A stretch of 32,000 nt of DNA from positions 316,581 to 348,580 of the forward strand of contig NZ_CP045876.1 of assembly GCF_020541245.1 (NCBI RefSeq). The letters run 5' to 3'. The position numbers and the translations under genes were made by a program. The notes beneath the pieces were generated by a model. It was not told where the DNA came from. It saw only the letters and a list, made by a program, of their open reading frames with translations, and made no database searches. The DNA is from Candidatus Annandia pinicola (GTDB taxonomy: Bacteria > Pseudomonadota > Gammaproteobacteria > Enterobacterales > Enterobacteriaceae_A). Each line of letters starts with the position of its first letter. The first letter of the stretch is position 1. This document shows positions 10,000 to 19,132 of this stretch, in pieces.

Positions 10000-12785
10000 A
10001 CGAATTTTCTTATTTCACCTTTTCCATAAACATTAGAAATACATCTATTACATAAATTTAAATAATTTGATTTTTTACATTTATCTTTTTTAAAATAATG
10101 CCAGCATCTTAAACATTTTATACCTTTAGATTTTGTTAATATTATTTCAATTTCTTTTCCATTTTCTTTTTTATTTTTTTTATAAAATACTTCTGCACTT
10201 GAAGTTAAAAAAACAAATTTTAATTCTTTTCCTAGAATTTTTAAAAAATTAAAATTTTCTTTATTAGTATATATTTTTAAATCTAAATCTAATGAATTTT
10301 TAAAAACTATAATATTACGTATATTTTCTATAGATTTATTTACTTCATTTCTAATTAATATAATTTTATTCCAATAATTGTGATTTAATATATCTTTATC
10401 GTTTAATTTATATAAACCACTAAACCATTCTTCAGTAAATATATATTTTGATCTTTTTCCTGGAATATAATCCCATATTTCGTTTGCAGTAAAAGATATT
10501 ATAGGAGAAATCCATCTTACTAATGATTCTATAATATAATATAAAGTAGTTTGACAACTTTTTCTTGCTATATTATTTTTATTAAGAGTATATTGACGAT
10601 CTTTAATAATATCTAAATAAAAAGAACTCATTTTTATAGAACAAAAATTCATAATATTTTTAATAACTAAATTAAAATTATATGATTTATAGTTTTTTAT
10701 AATTAATTCTTGAATTTTTTTTGTATAACTTATAGCCCATCTATCTAAATATAAAATATCATTATAATTAACAATATTTTTTGGATTAAAATCATATAAA
10801 TTAGATAACAAAAATCTTATTGTATTTCTTATTTTTCTATATATATCAACTGTACTATTTAAATTTTCTTCAGAAATATTCATATTTTTTGTATAATCAA
10901 TTGATGATGACCATAATCTTATTATATCTGCTCCAAATTTTTTTATTAATAAATTAGGATTAATAATATTTCCAATAGACTTAGACATTTTTTCTCCTTT
11001 ATTATCTGTAATAAAACCATGAGATAAAACATTACAATAAGGAGATTTATTTTTAGAAATAACAGATATAATTAATGATGACATAAACCAGCCTCTATAT
11101 TGATCCGAACCTTCTAAATAAATATCAATTTTATTATTATAAAGCATTTTATTTTTTACAACAGTATAATATGTACCCCCAGAATCAAACCACACATCTA
11201 GAATATCTTTTATTTTTATATACTTTTTATAATCTTTACCTAACAATATTTTTTTATCTAAATACCACCAAATTTTAATACCATAAATTTTTATTAATTT
11301 TGATATTTTTTTAATTAAAATTAAAGTTTTAGGATGTAATTCTTTTGTTTTTTTATTTAAAAATAATGTTATTGGTATACCCCATTTTCTTTGACGAGAA
11401 ATACACCAATCTGGTCTTTTAGATATCATATTTTTAATATTTTTTTTACCCCATGAAGGTATCCATACTACTTCATCTATTTCTTTAAATATTTTTTTAA
11501 TTATTTTTTGATTATTGATTTTAATAAACCATTGATTAGTAGTTCTAAAAATAATTGGGGTTTTATGTCTCCAACAATGAGGATAACTATGTTTATAATT
11601 TTCTTTATTTAACATTAGTTTTTTTAATATTAATAAATTAATTACATAATTATTAATATCTAAAACATACATGCCATTTAATTTTTTATTTTTATTAAAT
11701 TTATAATATCCATAATTGTCTATTATATTTTTTATTTCTAAATTATATTTATTACCTACAATATAATCTTCAGGACCATGTCCTGGAGCTATATGTACAA
11801 TACCAGTACCTGATTTTAAATCAACATGGTTACTTGTTACTATTGGAACATTAATATCAATTATAGGATTTTTAAATAATATATATTTTAATTTATTACC
11901 TTTTACAGTATTAATTATTTTATATTTTTTAATATTATTTTTTTTAATAAAATTAAATAATAATTTTTTTGCTATAATAAAAAAATTATTATTAAATTCT
12001 ATTAAACTGTATAAATAATTAGAATTAACTGAAATAGCACTATTAGCAAATAATGTCCATGGTGTTGTAGTCCAAACAATTGCATATATATTAATATTTT
12101 TTTTTGTATTAAATAAATTTTTAATTTTATCTATTTCAATAACAGGAAAAAGAACATTTATAGAAATAGAAATTTTATCGATATATTCTATTTCAGATTC
12201 AGATAAAGTTGAATTACAATTTAAACACCAATAAACAGGTTTTTTTCCATTATATAAATTACCACTTTTAATTATTTTTCCTAATAATTTTATTGTATTA
12301 GCTTCTAAATAAGAATCCATAGTACAATAATAATTATTCCAATCACCTAATACTCCTAAACGCATAAAATCATTTTTTTGTTGTAATATTTGTTTTTTTG
12401 CATATTTACGACAAATATTTTGAAATTTAATATTAGAAATATTTTTAGGTTTATTAAAAATCTGTTCAATTTTATGTTCTATAGGTAATCCATGACAATC
12501 CCAACCAGGTATATAAGGAGCATCAAAACCATCTAATCCTTTAAATTTTATAATTATATCTTTTAAAATTTTATTAATTACATGCCCCATATGTATTTTA
12601 CCATTTGCATAAGGAGGGCCATCATGTAATATAAATTTTTTTTTATTTTTTTTAGATTTTCTTATAATTTTATATAAATGATTATCATTCCAATAATTTA
12701 ATATATTTAACTCTTTTTTAAATAAATTTCCACGCATAGGAAATAATGTTTTAGGTAAATTTAAAGTATTTTTATAATTAATCAT
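9996..12785 (-). CDS. ileS: Isoleucine--tRNA ligase
   Basis: 929 aa. Class I motifs are present: HMGHVINK (HIGH) and KMSKS. A C-terminal Cys cluster is present (CLRCWHY...CNRC). The ileS-lspA linkage is as in E. coli. Confidence 0.98.
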   Translation of the reverse strand: MINYKNTLNLPKTLFPMRGNLFKKELNILNYWNDNHLYKIIRKSKKNKKKFILHDGPPYANGKIHMGHVINKILKDIIIKFKGLDGFDAPYIPGWDCHGLPIEHKIEQIFNKPKNISNIKFQNICRKYAKKQILQQKNDFMRLGVLGDWNNYYCTMDSYLEANTIKLLGKIIKSGNLYNGKKPVYWCLNCNSTLSESEIEYIDKISISINVLFPVIEIDKIKNLFNTKKNINIYAIVWTTTPWTLFANSAISVNSNYLYSLIEFNNNFFIIAKKLLFNFIKKNNIKKYKIINTVKGNKLKYILFKNPIIDINVPIVTSNHVDLKSGTGIVHIAPGHGPEDYIVGNKYNLEIKNIIDNYGYYKFNKNKKLNGMYVLDINNYVINLLILKKLMLNKENYKHSYPHCWRHKTPIIFRTTNQWFIKINNQKIIKKIFKEIDEVVWIPSWGKKNIKNMISKRPDWCISRQRKWGIPITLFLNKKTKELHPKTLILIKKISKLIKIYGIKIWWYLDKKILLGKDYKKYIKIKDILDVWFDSGGTYYTVVKNKMLYNNKIDIYLEGSDQYRGWFMSSLIISVISKNKSPYCNVLSHGFITDNKGEKMSKSIGNIINPNLLIKKFGADIIRLWSSSIDYTKNMNISEENLNSTVDIYRKIRNTIRFLLSNLYDFNPKNIVNYNDILYLDRWAISYTKKIQELIIKNYKSYNFNLVIKNIMNFCSIKMSSFYLDIIKDRQYTLNKNNIARKSCQTTLYYIIESLVRWISPIISFTANEIWDYIPGKRSKYIFTEEWFSGLYKLNDKDILNHNYWNKIILIRNEVNKSIENIRNIIVFKNSLDLDLKIYTNKENFNFLKILGKELKFVFLTSSAEVFYKKNKKENGKEIEIILTKSKGIKCLRCWHYFKKDKCKKSNYLNLCNRCISNVYGKGEIRKFV

Positions 12786-12914
12786 AATATTTTATTAAAT
12801 AATATAAATATATTTTTTTATAAATTAAAAAAAATATATTTATATAATATTTTTTTTAAAAAAAAATTTATAAAAAATAATTATTATAAAAATAATATAT
12901 ATAAATATATTAAT

Positions 12915-12962
12915 TATAATATAAAAACATTATAAATTAATACATAATGTTTTTATATTATA
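12915..12962 (+). repeat. 19-bp perfect inverted repeat (10-nt loop) just upstream of the rpsT SD and start
   Basis: TATAATATAAAAACATTAT (12915-12933) pairs perfectly with ATAATGTTTTTATATTATA (12944-12962), including one C:G pair. It ends 15 nt before the rpsT SD AAGGA (12978-12982). It could be an rpsT 5'-UTR stem-loop or an operator. Confidence 0.5.
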
Positions 12963-12987
12963 TTTAATATAAAAATAAAGGATAAAT

Positions 12988-13248
12988 ATGGCTAACATTA
13001 AATCTTCAAAAAAAAGAATAATAACTAATAATAAAAAAAGAATATATAATAAAATATGTAAATCCAAAATACGTAATATTATAAAAAAAATAAAAAAATA
13101 TATTTCTATTAAAAACAAAGAAAAATCATTAAAATACTTTTTTAAATTACAACCTATTATAGATAAATATGCAACTTATGGAGTTATACATAAAAATACA
13201 TCATCTCGTTATAAATCACGTTTAATAAAAAAAATTTATAAAATTTAA
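12988..13248 (+). CDS. rpsT: 30S ribosomal protein S20
   Basis: 86 aa. MANIKSSKKR...LQPIIDKYATYGVIHKNTSSRYKSRL aligns with E. coli S20 (MANIKSAKKR...[26 protein letters not shown]). The SD AAGGA lies 5 nt upstream of the ATG. It is divergent from ileS, as in E. coli. Confidence 0.95.
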   Translation: MANIKSSKKRIITNNKKRIYNKICKSKIRNIIKKIKKYISIKNKEKSLKYFFKLQPIIDKYATYGVIHKNTSSRYKSRLIKKIYKI

Positions 13249-13270
13249 AAAAATAATTAATATAAAAAAA

Positions 13271-14437
13271 TTAACATTTATTTATTATATCTTCAAAAAA
13301 TTTTTTCATATTATTAAATAAATTAATTGAACGTTGATAAATTTTATTAGCTACCTCAGTAACCTTATTATTTATATTTTTATTAGATTCAGTATCATAA
13401 TGAAAATTTTTAAGAAGATATTTTTGTCTTTCATTTAAATTTGTAGGAGTTTTAACAATTACTTTGCATAATAAATCTCCACAAACACTACTTTTTAAAT
13501 ATTTAACTCCTTTACCTTTAATACGAAATAATTTATTAGTTTGAGTTTCTTTTGGTATTTTTAATTTAACTCTACCATTTATAGTAGGTATTTCAATATC
13601 CCCCCCTAATGCTGCAGTAACGAAACTGATAGGTATTTTACAATATAAATCATTACCTTTTCTTTCAAATGTACTATGTTTTTTAACAAATATTTGAATA
13701 TATAAATCTCCTTTTGAACCACCACTAATATTATCTGAACCTTCCCCACTTAATTTTATTTTATCATTATTATTTACGCCAGAAGGTATTTTAACAGATA
13801 AAGATTTTAATATTTCTAATTGACCACTACCTTTACAAACCTCACATACATTTTTTATAAAACTACCCTTACCATAACATGTAGGACAAGTTTGTTGAAC
13901 AGTAAAAAAACCCTGTCTCATATGTATTTGCCCCTTACCATTACATGTTCTACAACGATTTAATTTAGTACCAGGTCTAGATCCACTACCTTTACAAATA
14001 TGACATAATTTTAAAATAGGAACCTTTATATTTTTAACAACACCACAAATAGATTCCTCTAAAGTTAGATTTACATTAAAAAACAGATCTTCTCCTTTTC
14101 TTGATTTATTACTTTTATTACCAAATATATCTCCAAATATATCTCCAAATATATCTCCAAAATCAGACTTATTATTAAAATTATTAGAAAAACCACTATT
14201 ATCATTATTATTAATACTATTTGTATAATGGCCATATTGATCATAATATGCACGTTTATTACTGTCAATTAAAGTTTCATATGCTTCTTTAACTTCTTTA
14301 AATTTATTTTCAGCATCTTTATTATTAGGATTTTTATCTGGATGATATCTCATAGCTAAACGTTTATAAGCTTTTTTAATTGCACGATTATTTGAGCTTT
14401 TTGAAATACCTAGAATTCTATAATAATCTCTTTTCAT
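13271..14437 (-). CDS. dnaJ: Chaperone DnaJ (Hsp40)
   Basis: 388 aa. The J domain has [10 protein letters not shown]...YHPDKN. Four CxxCxGxG zinc-finger repeats are present ([32 protein letters not shown]). The SD AAGGA is at 14445-14449, 7 nt from the ATG. Confidence 0.97.
   Translation of the reverse strand: MKRDYYRILGISKSSNNRAIKKAYKRLAMRYHPDKNPNNKDAENKFKEVKEAYETLIDSNKRAYYDQYGHYTNSINNNDNSGFSNNFNNKSDFGDIFGDIFGDIFGNKSNKSRKGEDLFFNVNLTLEESICGVVKNIKVPILKLCHICKGSGSRPGTKLNRCRTCNGKGQIHMRQGFFTVQQTCPTCYGKGSFIKNVCEVCKGSGQLEILKSLSVKIPSGVNNNDKIKLSGEGSDNISGGSKGDLYIQIFVKKHSTFERKGNDLYCKIPISFVTAALGGDIEIPTINGRVKLKIPKETQTNKLFRIKGKGVKYLKSSVCGDLLCKVIVKTPTNLNERQKYLLKNFHYDTESNKNINNKVTEVANKIYQRSINLFNNMKKFFEDIINKC
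14121..14156 (-). repeat. Perfect 12-bp x3 in-frame tandem repeat inside dnaJ (encodes DIFG x3)
   Basis: On the + strand, ccaaatatatct occurs three times (14121-14132, 14133-14144, 14145-14156), followed by a partial ccaaa. On the coding strand this is (GATATATTTGGA)x3. Confidence 0.9.
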
Positions 14438-14467
14438 AATTTAATCCTTATATTAATTTTTTTTTAT

Positions 14468-14540
14468 TTAAAAATAATATATATATGTTAATTAATTATT
14501 TTTTTAATAAATAATTAACTAACATATATATTATTTTTAA
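14468..14540 (-). repeat. Long imperfect inverted repeat (about 31-bp stem, 7-nt loop) in the dnaK-dnaJ intercistronic spacer
   Basis: Pairing was checked base by base. 14468-14501 pairs with 14509-14540, with one 2-nt bulge (14478-14479) and one mismatch (A14491/C14519). That mismatch becomes a G:U wobble in the minus-strand (mRNA-sense) transcript. The stem lies 34 nt after the dnaK stop and 30 nt before the dnaJ ATG. No U-tract follows on the minus strand. Confidence 0.65.
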
Positions 14541-14574
14541 ATAAAATAATAATTATTTTAATTTTTAATTATAA

Positions 14575-16482
14575 TTATTTTTTATTTTTATCTTTTTTTA
14601 CTTCTTCAAATTCAGCATCTTCTGCATTATTAGTATTATTTTTTGATTTTTCTTTTACATTTTCAGGTTTATTTTTATCTAATTGAGTTAATTTATTAGA
14701 TAATTTTAATAATTCTTCTATTTTTTTTTCTATAGAAGCTTTACTTTCATTTTTAATAGCTAAATTTAAATTATTAATAGCTAAATTTATATTTTTTTTA
14801 TCTTCAGGATTTATTTTATTTCCAAGCTCATTTATTTTTTTATGAGTACTATGAATTAATTGATCACCTTGATTTTTAATTTGTACTAATTCTTCAAATT
14901 TATGATCATCTTCTGCATTAATTTCAGCATCTTGAACCATTTTTTTAATTTCATTTTCATGTAGACCAGAAGAAGCTTTTATTTTTATTTTTTGTTCTTT
15001 ATTTGTTTTTTTATCTTTAGCTGAAACATGTAATATACCATCAGCATCAATATCAAAAGTAACTTCTATTTGAGGTATACCTCTAGGTGAAGGTTGAATA
15101 CCATCTAAATTAAATTGCCCTAAAGATTTATTATCAGAAGCTTTTTTACGTTCTCCTTGTAATACATGAATTGTAACTGCATGTTGATTATCTTCTGCTG
15201 TAGAAAATATTTGACTGTGTTTTGTAGGAATAGTAGTATTTTTATTTATTAAACATGTCATAATACCACCCATAGTTTCTATTCCTAAAGATAATGGTGT
15301 TACATCCAATAATAGTACATCTTTTACATCACCAGCAAGAACACCTCCTTGTATAGCAGCTCCTATAGCAACAGCCTCATCTGGATTTATATCTTTTCTT
15401 GGTTCTTTATTAAAAAACTCTTTAACTTTTTTTTGTACCATAGGCATTCTAGTTTGTCCACCAACTAAAATTATATCATTGATATTACTTTTTTCTAATT
15501 TAGCATCTTCTAAAGCTTTTTTAAGAGGTTCTATAGATTTTAAAACTAAATCTTCTACTAATGATTCTAATTTAGCACGTGAAACCTTAGTATTCATATG
15601 TTTAGGACCAGAAGCATCTGCTGTAATATAAGGTAAATTAATTTCTGTATGTTGTGCTGATGAAAGTTCAATTTTAGCTTTTTCTGCTACTTCTTTAAGT
15701 CTTTGCATTGCTAAAGGATCATTATGTAAATCTATTCCTTGTTCCATTTTAAATTCAGAAACTAAATAATTAATTAAACGACTATCAAAATCTTCACCCC
15801 CTAAATGAGTATCACCATTAGTTGATAATACTTCAAAAGTTTTTTCTCCATCAACATCATCAATTTCTATAATTGAAATATCAAAAGTACCACCCCCTAA
15901 ATCATACACTGCAATAGTCTTATTTCCTTTATTTTTATCTAAACCATAAGCTAAAGCTGCTGCTGTAGGTTCATTAATAATTCTTTTTACATCTAAACCT
16001 GCAATACGACCAGCATCTTTTGTAGCTTGACGTTGAGTATCATTAAAATATGCAGGAACTGTAATAACTGCAGATCTTATTTTTTCACCTAAATAATCCT
16101 CTGCTGTTTTTTTCATTTTTTTTAAAATTTCTGCAGAAATTTGTGGTGGAGCCATTTTTTTATTTTTTACTTTTAACCAAGCATCACCATTATTAGCTTT
16201 TAAAATTTCATAAGGCATTATTTTAATATCACGTTGTACTTCTTCATCACTAAAACGACGTCCTATAAGTCTTTTAATAGCAAATAATGTATTTTTAGGA
16301 TTAGTAATTGATTGACGTTTTGCTGGTTGACCAACTAAAATTTCTCCATCTTTAGTATAAGCAATAACTGAAGGAGTAGTACGTTCACCTTCAGAATTTT
16401 CTAAAACTCTTGCTTGAGCGCCATCCATAATAGCTACGCAAGAATTAGTAGTACCTAAATCAATTCCAATAATTTTACTCAT
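14575..16482 (-). CDS. dnaK: Chaperone DnaK (Hsp70)
   Basis: 635 aa. [35 protein letters not shown] and other Hsp70 signatures are present. The SD GGAGA is at 16488-16492, 5 nt from the ATG. The gene is noticeably more G+C-rich than its neighbours. Confidence 0.99.
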   Translation of the reverse strand: MSKIIGIDLGTTNSCVAIMDGAQARVLENSEGERTTPSVIAYTKDGEILVGQPAKRQSITNPKNTLFAIKRLIGRRFSDEEVQRDIKIMPYEILKANNGDAWLKVKNKKMAPPQISAEILKKMKKTAEDYLGEKIRSAVITVPAYFNDTQRQATKDAGRIAGLDVKRIINEPTAAALAYGLDKNKGNKTIAVYDLGGGTFDISIIEIDDVDGEKTFEVLSTNGDTHLGGEDFDSRLINYLVSEFKMEQGIDLHNDPLAMQRLKEVAEKAKIELSSAQHTEINLPYITADASGPKHMNTKVSRAKLESLVEDLVLKSIEPLKKALEDAKLEKSNINDIILVGGQTRMPMVQKKVKEFFNKEPRKDINPDEAVAIGAAIQGGVLAGDVKDVLLLDVTPLSLGIETMGGIMTCLINKNTTIPTKHSQIFSTAEDNQHAVTIHVLQGERKKASDNKSLGQFNLDGIQPSPRGIPQIEVTFDIDADGILHVSAKDKKTNKEQKIKIKASSGLHENEIKKMVQDAEINAEDDHKFEELVQIKNQGDQLIHSTHKKINELGNKINPEDKKNINLAINNLNLAIKNESKASIEKKIEELLKLSNKLTQLDKNKPENVKEKSKNNTNNAEDAEFEEVKKDKNKK

Positions 16483-16894
16483 TTAATTCTCCATATAAAA
16501 TATAAATTAAAATTTATTTATAATATTTAATTATTATAATAAACATTATAAAAAAATATAATTTTTTTTATTAAATTTAAAATTATTTTTATAAAAATTT
16601 TAACAAATTATAAATTTTTATTAATAAATAATAATAATCATTAAATAAAAAATAAAATATATATATTATAAATAAATTTTATAATAAAAAAAATAAATAT
16701 TTTTATTTAAAGTTATTAATTATATAAATAAATTAATTAAAAATATTTTTTAATATAATATATATTAAAAATATTATAATTTTTAATAAAATTAATTTTA
16801 ATATTATACTATATTATTATTATTTTTTTTATATTAAAATAATTTATATTTTTATAAAATTTATAAAAAATATTATTTTTTTAATATAAATTAA
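16483..16894. other. 412-bp almost G/C-free spacer between thrC and dnaK (the dnaK upstream region)
   Basis: Apart from the dnaK SD, only five G/C bases occur between 16493 and 16900 (16544, 16604, 16639, 16712, 16809). There is no ORF and no RNA-gene-like G+C island. Confidence 0.9.
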
Positions 16895-18181
16895 TTATAA
16901 GTTTAATAAAAAATTTTTTAACAATTTAAAATTATAATCCATTTTATATGAAAGTATAGGTAAATTATTATTTTTTTTTAAATTATAAGGAATTAAAATA
17001 TTTTTTTTTATAATTAATTCTATATTTTCTTTAAATTTAGCAGGATGAGCTGTTCCTATAAATATTCCACATTCTTTATTTTTAATTTTATTTTTTAAAA
17101 CATTATAAGCAACAGCTGAATGAGGTTCAGAAATATAATTAAGTGTATATAATTCTACTAAAGATTTTTTAGTATGATAATCAGAAACAACACCATAGTA
17201 TAAATCATTTAAATTCCAATTGTTTATATTAAATAATTCAATTATTCTAGGCCAATTATTAGGATTATTAATATCCATAGCATTAGATAAAGTATTAATA
17301 GTTTTTTTAGGAAGCCATATACCTTTTTCTAAAAAACGGGGTACAGTATCATTTAAATTTGTAGCAATAATAAATTTTTTAATATTTAAACCTAAAGATT
17401 TAGCCATCAAACCTGCAGTTAAATTACCAAAATTACCACTTGGAACAGATATTATTAAATCATTTAAACCATAATTATTTAATTTTGCACATGCTTCAAA
17501 GTAATAACATACTTGTGCAATTAATCTACTAATATTAATTGAATTAGCTGAGTTTAAATTTAATTTTTTTTTTAATAAAAAATCATTAAATGATTTTTTA
17601 ACTAATTTTTGACACATATCAAAACTTCCATTTATTGCTATAGTAATTATATTCTTTCCTAAATTACAAAACAATTTTTCTTGTATATAGCTTATTTTAC
17701 CTTTAGGATATAAAATAACAACTTTAGTATTTTTTTTTTTATAAAATGCATGAGCAACAGCAGCTCCAGTATCTCCAGATGTAGCTGTAAGAATAGTAAT
17801 ATTTTTTTTAAAATTGTTAATATAAGAAATAATATTTGACATAAACCTAGCACCGAAATCTTTAAAAGCTAATGTTGGTCCATGAAATAATTCTAAACAA
17901 AATATATTATTAGTTATTTTTACTAATGGTACTGGAAAACAAAAAGATTTTTTTACTATATTATATAATATTGAATAAGGAATTTCATTTCCTATAATTT
18001 TATTCAAGATATATGTACTTCTAGAAACAAAATCCATTGATAATAAATCAATAATTTTTTTTTCATTAAAAAAAGGTAACTTTTCTGGAAAAAATAAACC
18101 TTGATTACTACCTAAACCAGTTTCTGTCGCTTTTAAAAAATTAATTTTTTCATCTCTATTTTTTAAATTATATAATTTCAT
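16895..18181 (-). CDS. thrC: Threonine synthase
   Basis: 428 aa. The PLP-lysine region FHGPTLAFKDFGARF and the SGDTGAA motif match E. coli ThrC. It is the last gene of a thrABC arrangement. Confidence 0.96.
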   Translation of the reverse strand: MKLYNLKNRDEKINFLKATETGLGSNQGLFFPEKLPFFNEKKIIDLLSMDFVSRSTYILNKIIGNEIPYSILYNIVKKSFCFPVPLVKITNNIFCLELFHGPTLAFKDFGARFMSNIISYINNFKKNITILTATSGDTGAAVAHAFYKKKNTKVVILYPKGKISYIQEKLFCNLGKNIITIAINGSFDMCQKLVKKSFNDFLLKKKLNLNSANSINISRLIAQVCYYFEACAKLNNYGLNDLIISVPSGNFGNLTAGLMAKSLGLNIKKFIIATNLNDTVPRFLEKGIWLPKKTINTLSNAMDINNPNNWPRIIELFNINNWNLNDLYYGVVSDYHTKKSLVELYTLNYISEPHSAVAYNVLKNKIKNKECGIFIGTAHPAKFKENIELIIKKNILIPYNLKKNNNLPILSYKMDYNFKLLKNFLLNL

Positions 18182-18183
18182 TT

Positions 18184-19113
18184 TTAACTTATTTTACGTA
18201 CTCCTTTTTTTGATAAACGACATATATGTACAAAACCTTCTTTATTTTTAATATAATATTTATTAAACCAATAGGCTATATTATTAGCTATTTTTTTTTT
18301 ATCACATATAGCAAATATAGTAGGACCAGAACCAGAAATACCACATGTTAATGCACCAAGTTTTTTTATATTTTCACGAGCTTCTAAAAAATAAGGTAAA
18401 AGAATATTTCTATAAGGTTCAGCAATTATATCTTTCATTAAATTTATAGCTAAATATGATTGATTAGTATAACAAGCATGAATAAAACCAGATAAATATC
18501 TACTATGATTAATACAATTATTTTTAGAATAATAGGATGGTAATATAGACCTAGATTTAGCTGTAGATAATTTTATTCCAGGATAAGCCATTATCCATAA
18601 CCAATTATTAAAATTAGGAATACTTTGACTAATAATTTTACCTTCTTTTAAAATTAATTGACAACTACCTAAATAACAAGGTGCAACATTATCATAATGA
18701 ATACTACCAGATATAAATCCCTCTAATTTCCCCATTAAATTTAATAATGAATTTTTATTAATTGGTGAACCAAAAAAATCATTTATAGCAACAAATCCAG
18801 CAACAATTGAACATGCGCTTGATCCTAAACCAGAACTTATTGGCATATTTTTTTCTAATTTTATAGTAATAGGTATATTATATCCTAAAAATTTACAAAA
18901 ATATTTCCAACATTGATAAAGTATATTTTGTTTATAATTTTTTGGTAAATAATTAACAAATCTACCTTTATAAACTAAATTAAATTTTTTAGATGATTTT
19001 ATTGTTACACAATCACCTAATAAAGTATTATTTATAGGAGATATTGCAACACCTAATACATCAAAACCAACACCCACATTTCCAATTGAAGCTGGTGCAT
19101 AAAATTTTACCAT
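18184..19113 (-). CDS. thrB: Homoserine kinase
   Basis: 309 aa. The GHMP kinase motif [16 protein letters not shown] is present, and the N-terminus [20 protein letters not shown] matches ThrB. The stop is 2 nt from the thrC ATG. Confidence 0.95.
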   Translation of the reverse strand: MVKFYAPASIGNVGVGFDVLGVAISPINNTLLGDCVTIKSSKKFNLVYKGRFVNYLPKNYKQNILYQCWKYFCKFLGYNIPITIKLEKNMPISSGLGSSACSIVAGFVAINDFFGSPINKNSLLNLMGKLEGFISGSIHYDNVAPCYLGSCQLILKEGKIISQSIPNFNNWLWIMAYPGIKLSTAKSRSILPSYYSKNNCINHSRYLSGFIHACYTNQSYLAINLMKDIIAEPYRNILLPYFLEARENIKKLGALTCGISGSGPTIFAICDKKKIANNIAYWFNKYYIKNKEGFVHICRLSKKGVRKIS

Positions 19114-19132
19114 TTAATTTTACCTAACTAAA

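Noticed and set aside
16483-16894. Possible small ORF or sRNA hidden in the long thrC/dnaK spacer.
   Set aside because: No start-SD combination and no G/C-anchored secondary structure was found. The C/G positions that could pair (16639/16712, 16712/16809) do not have complementary flanks.
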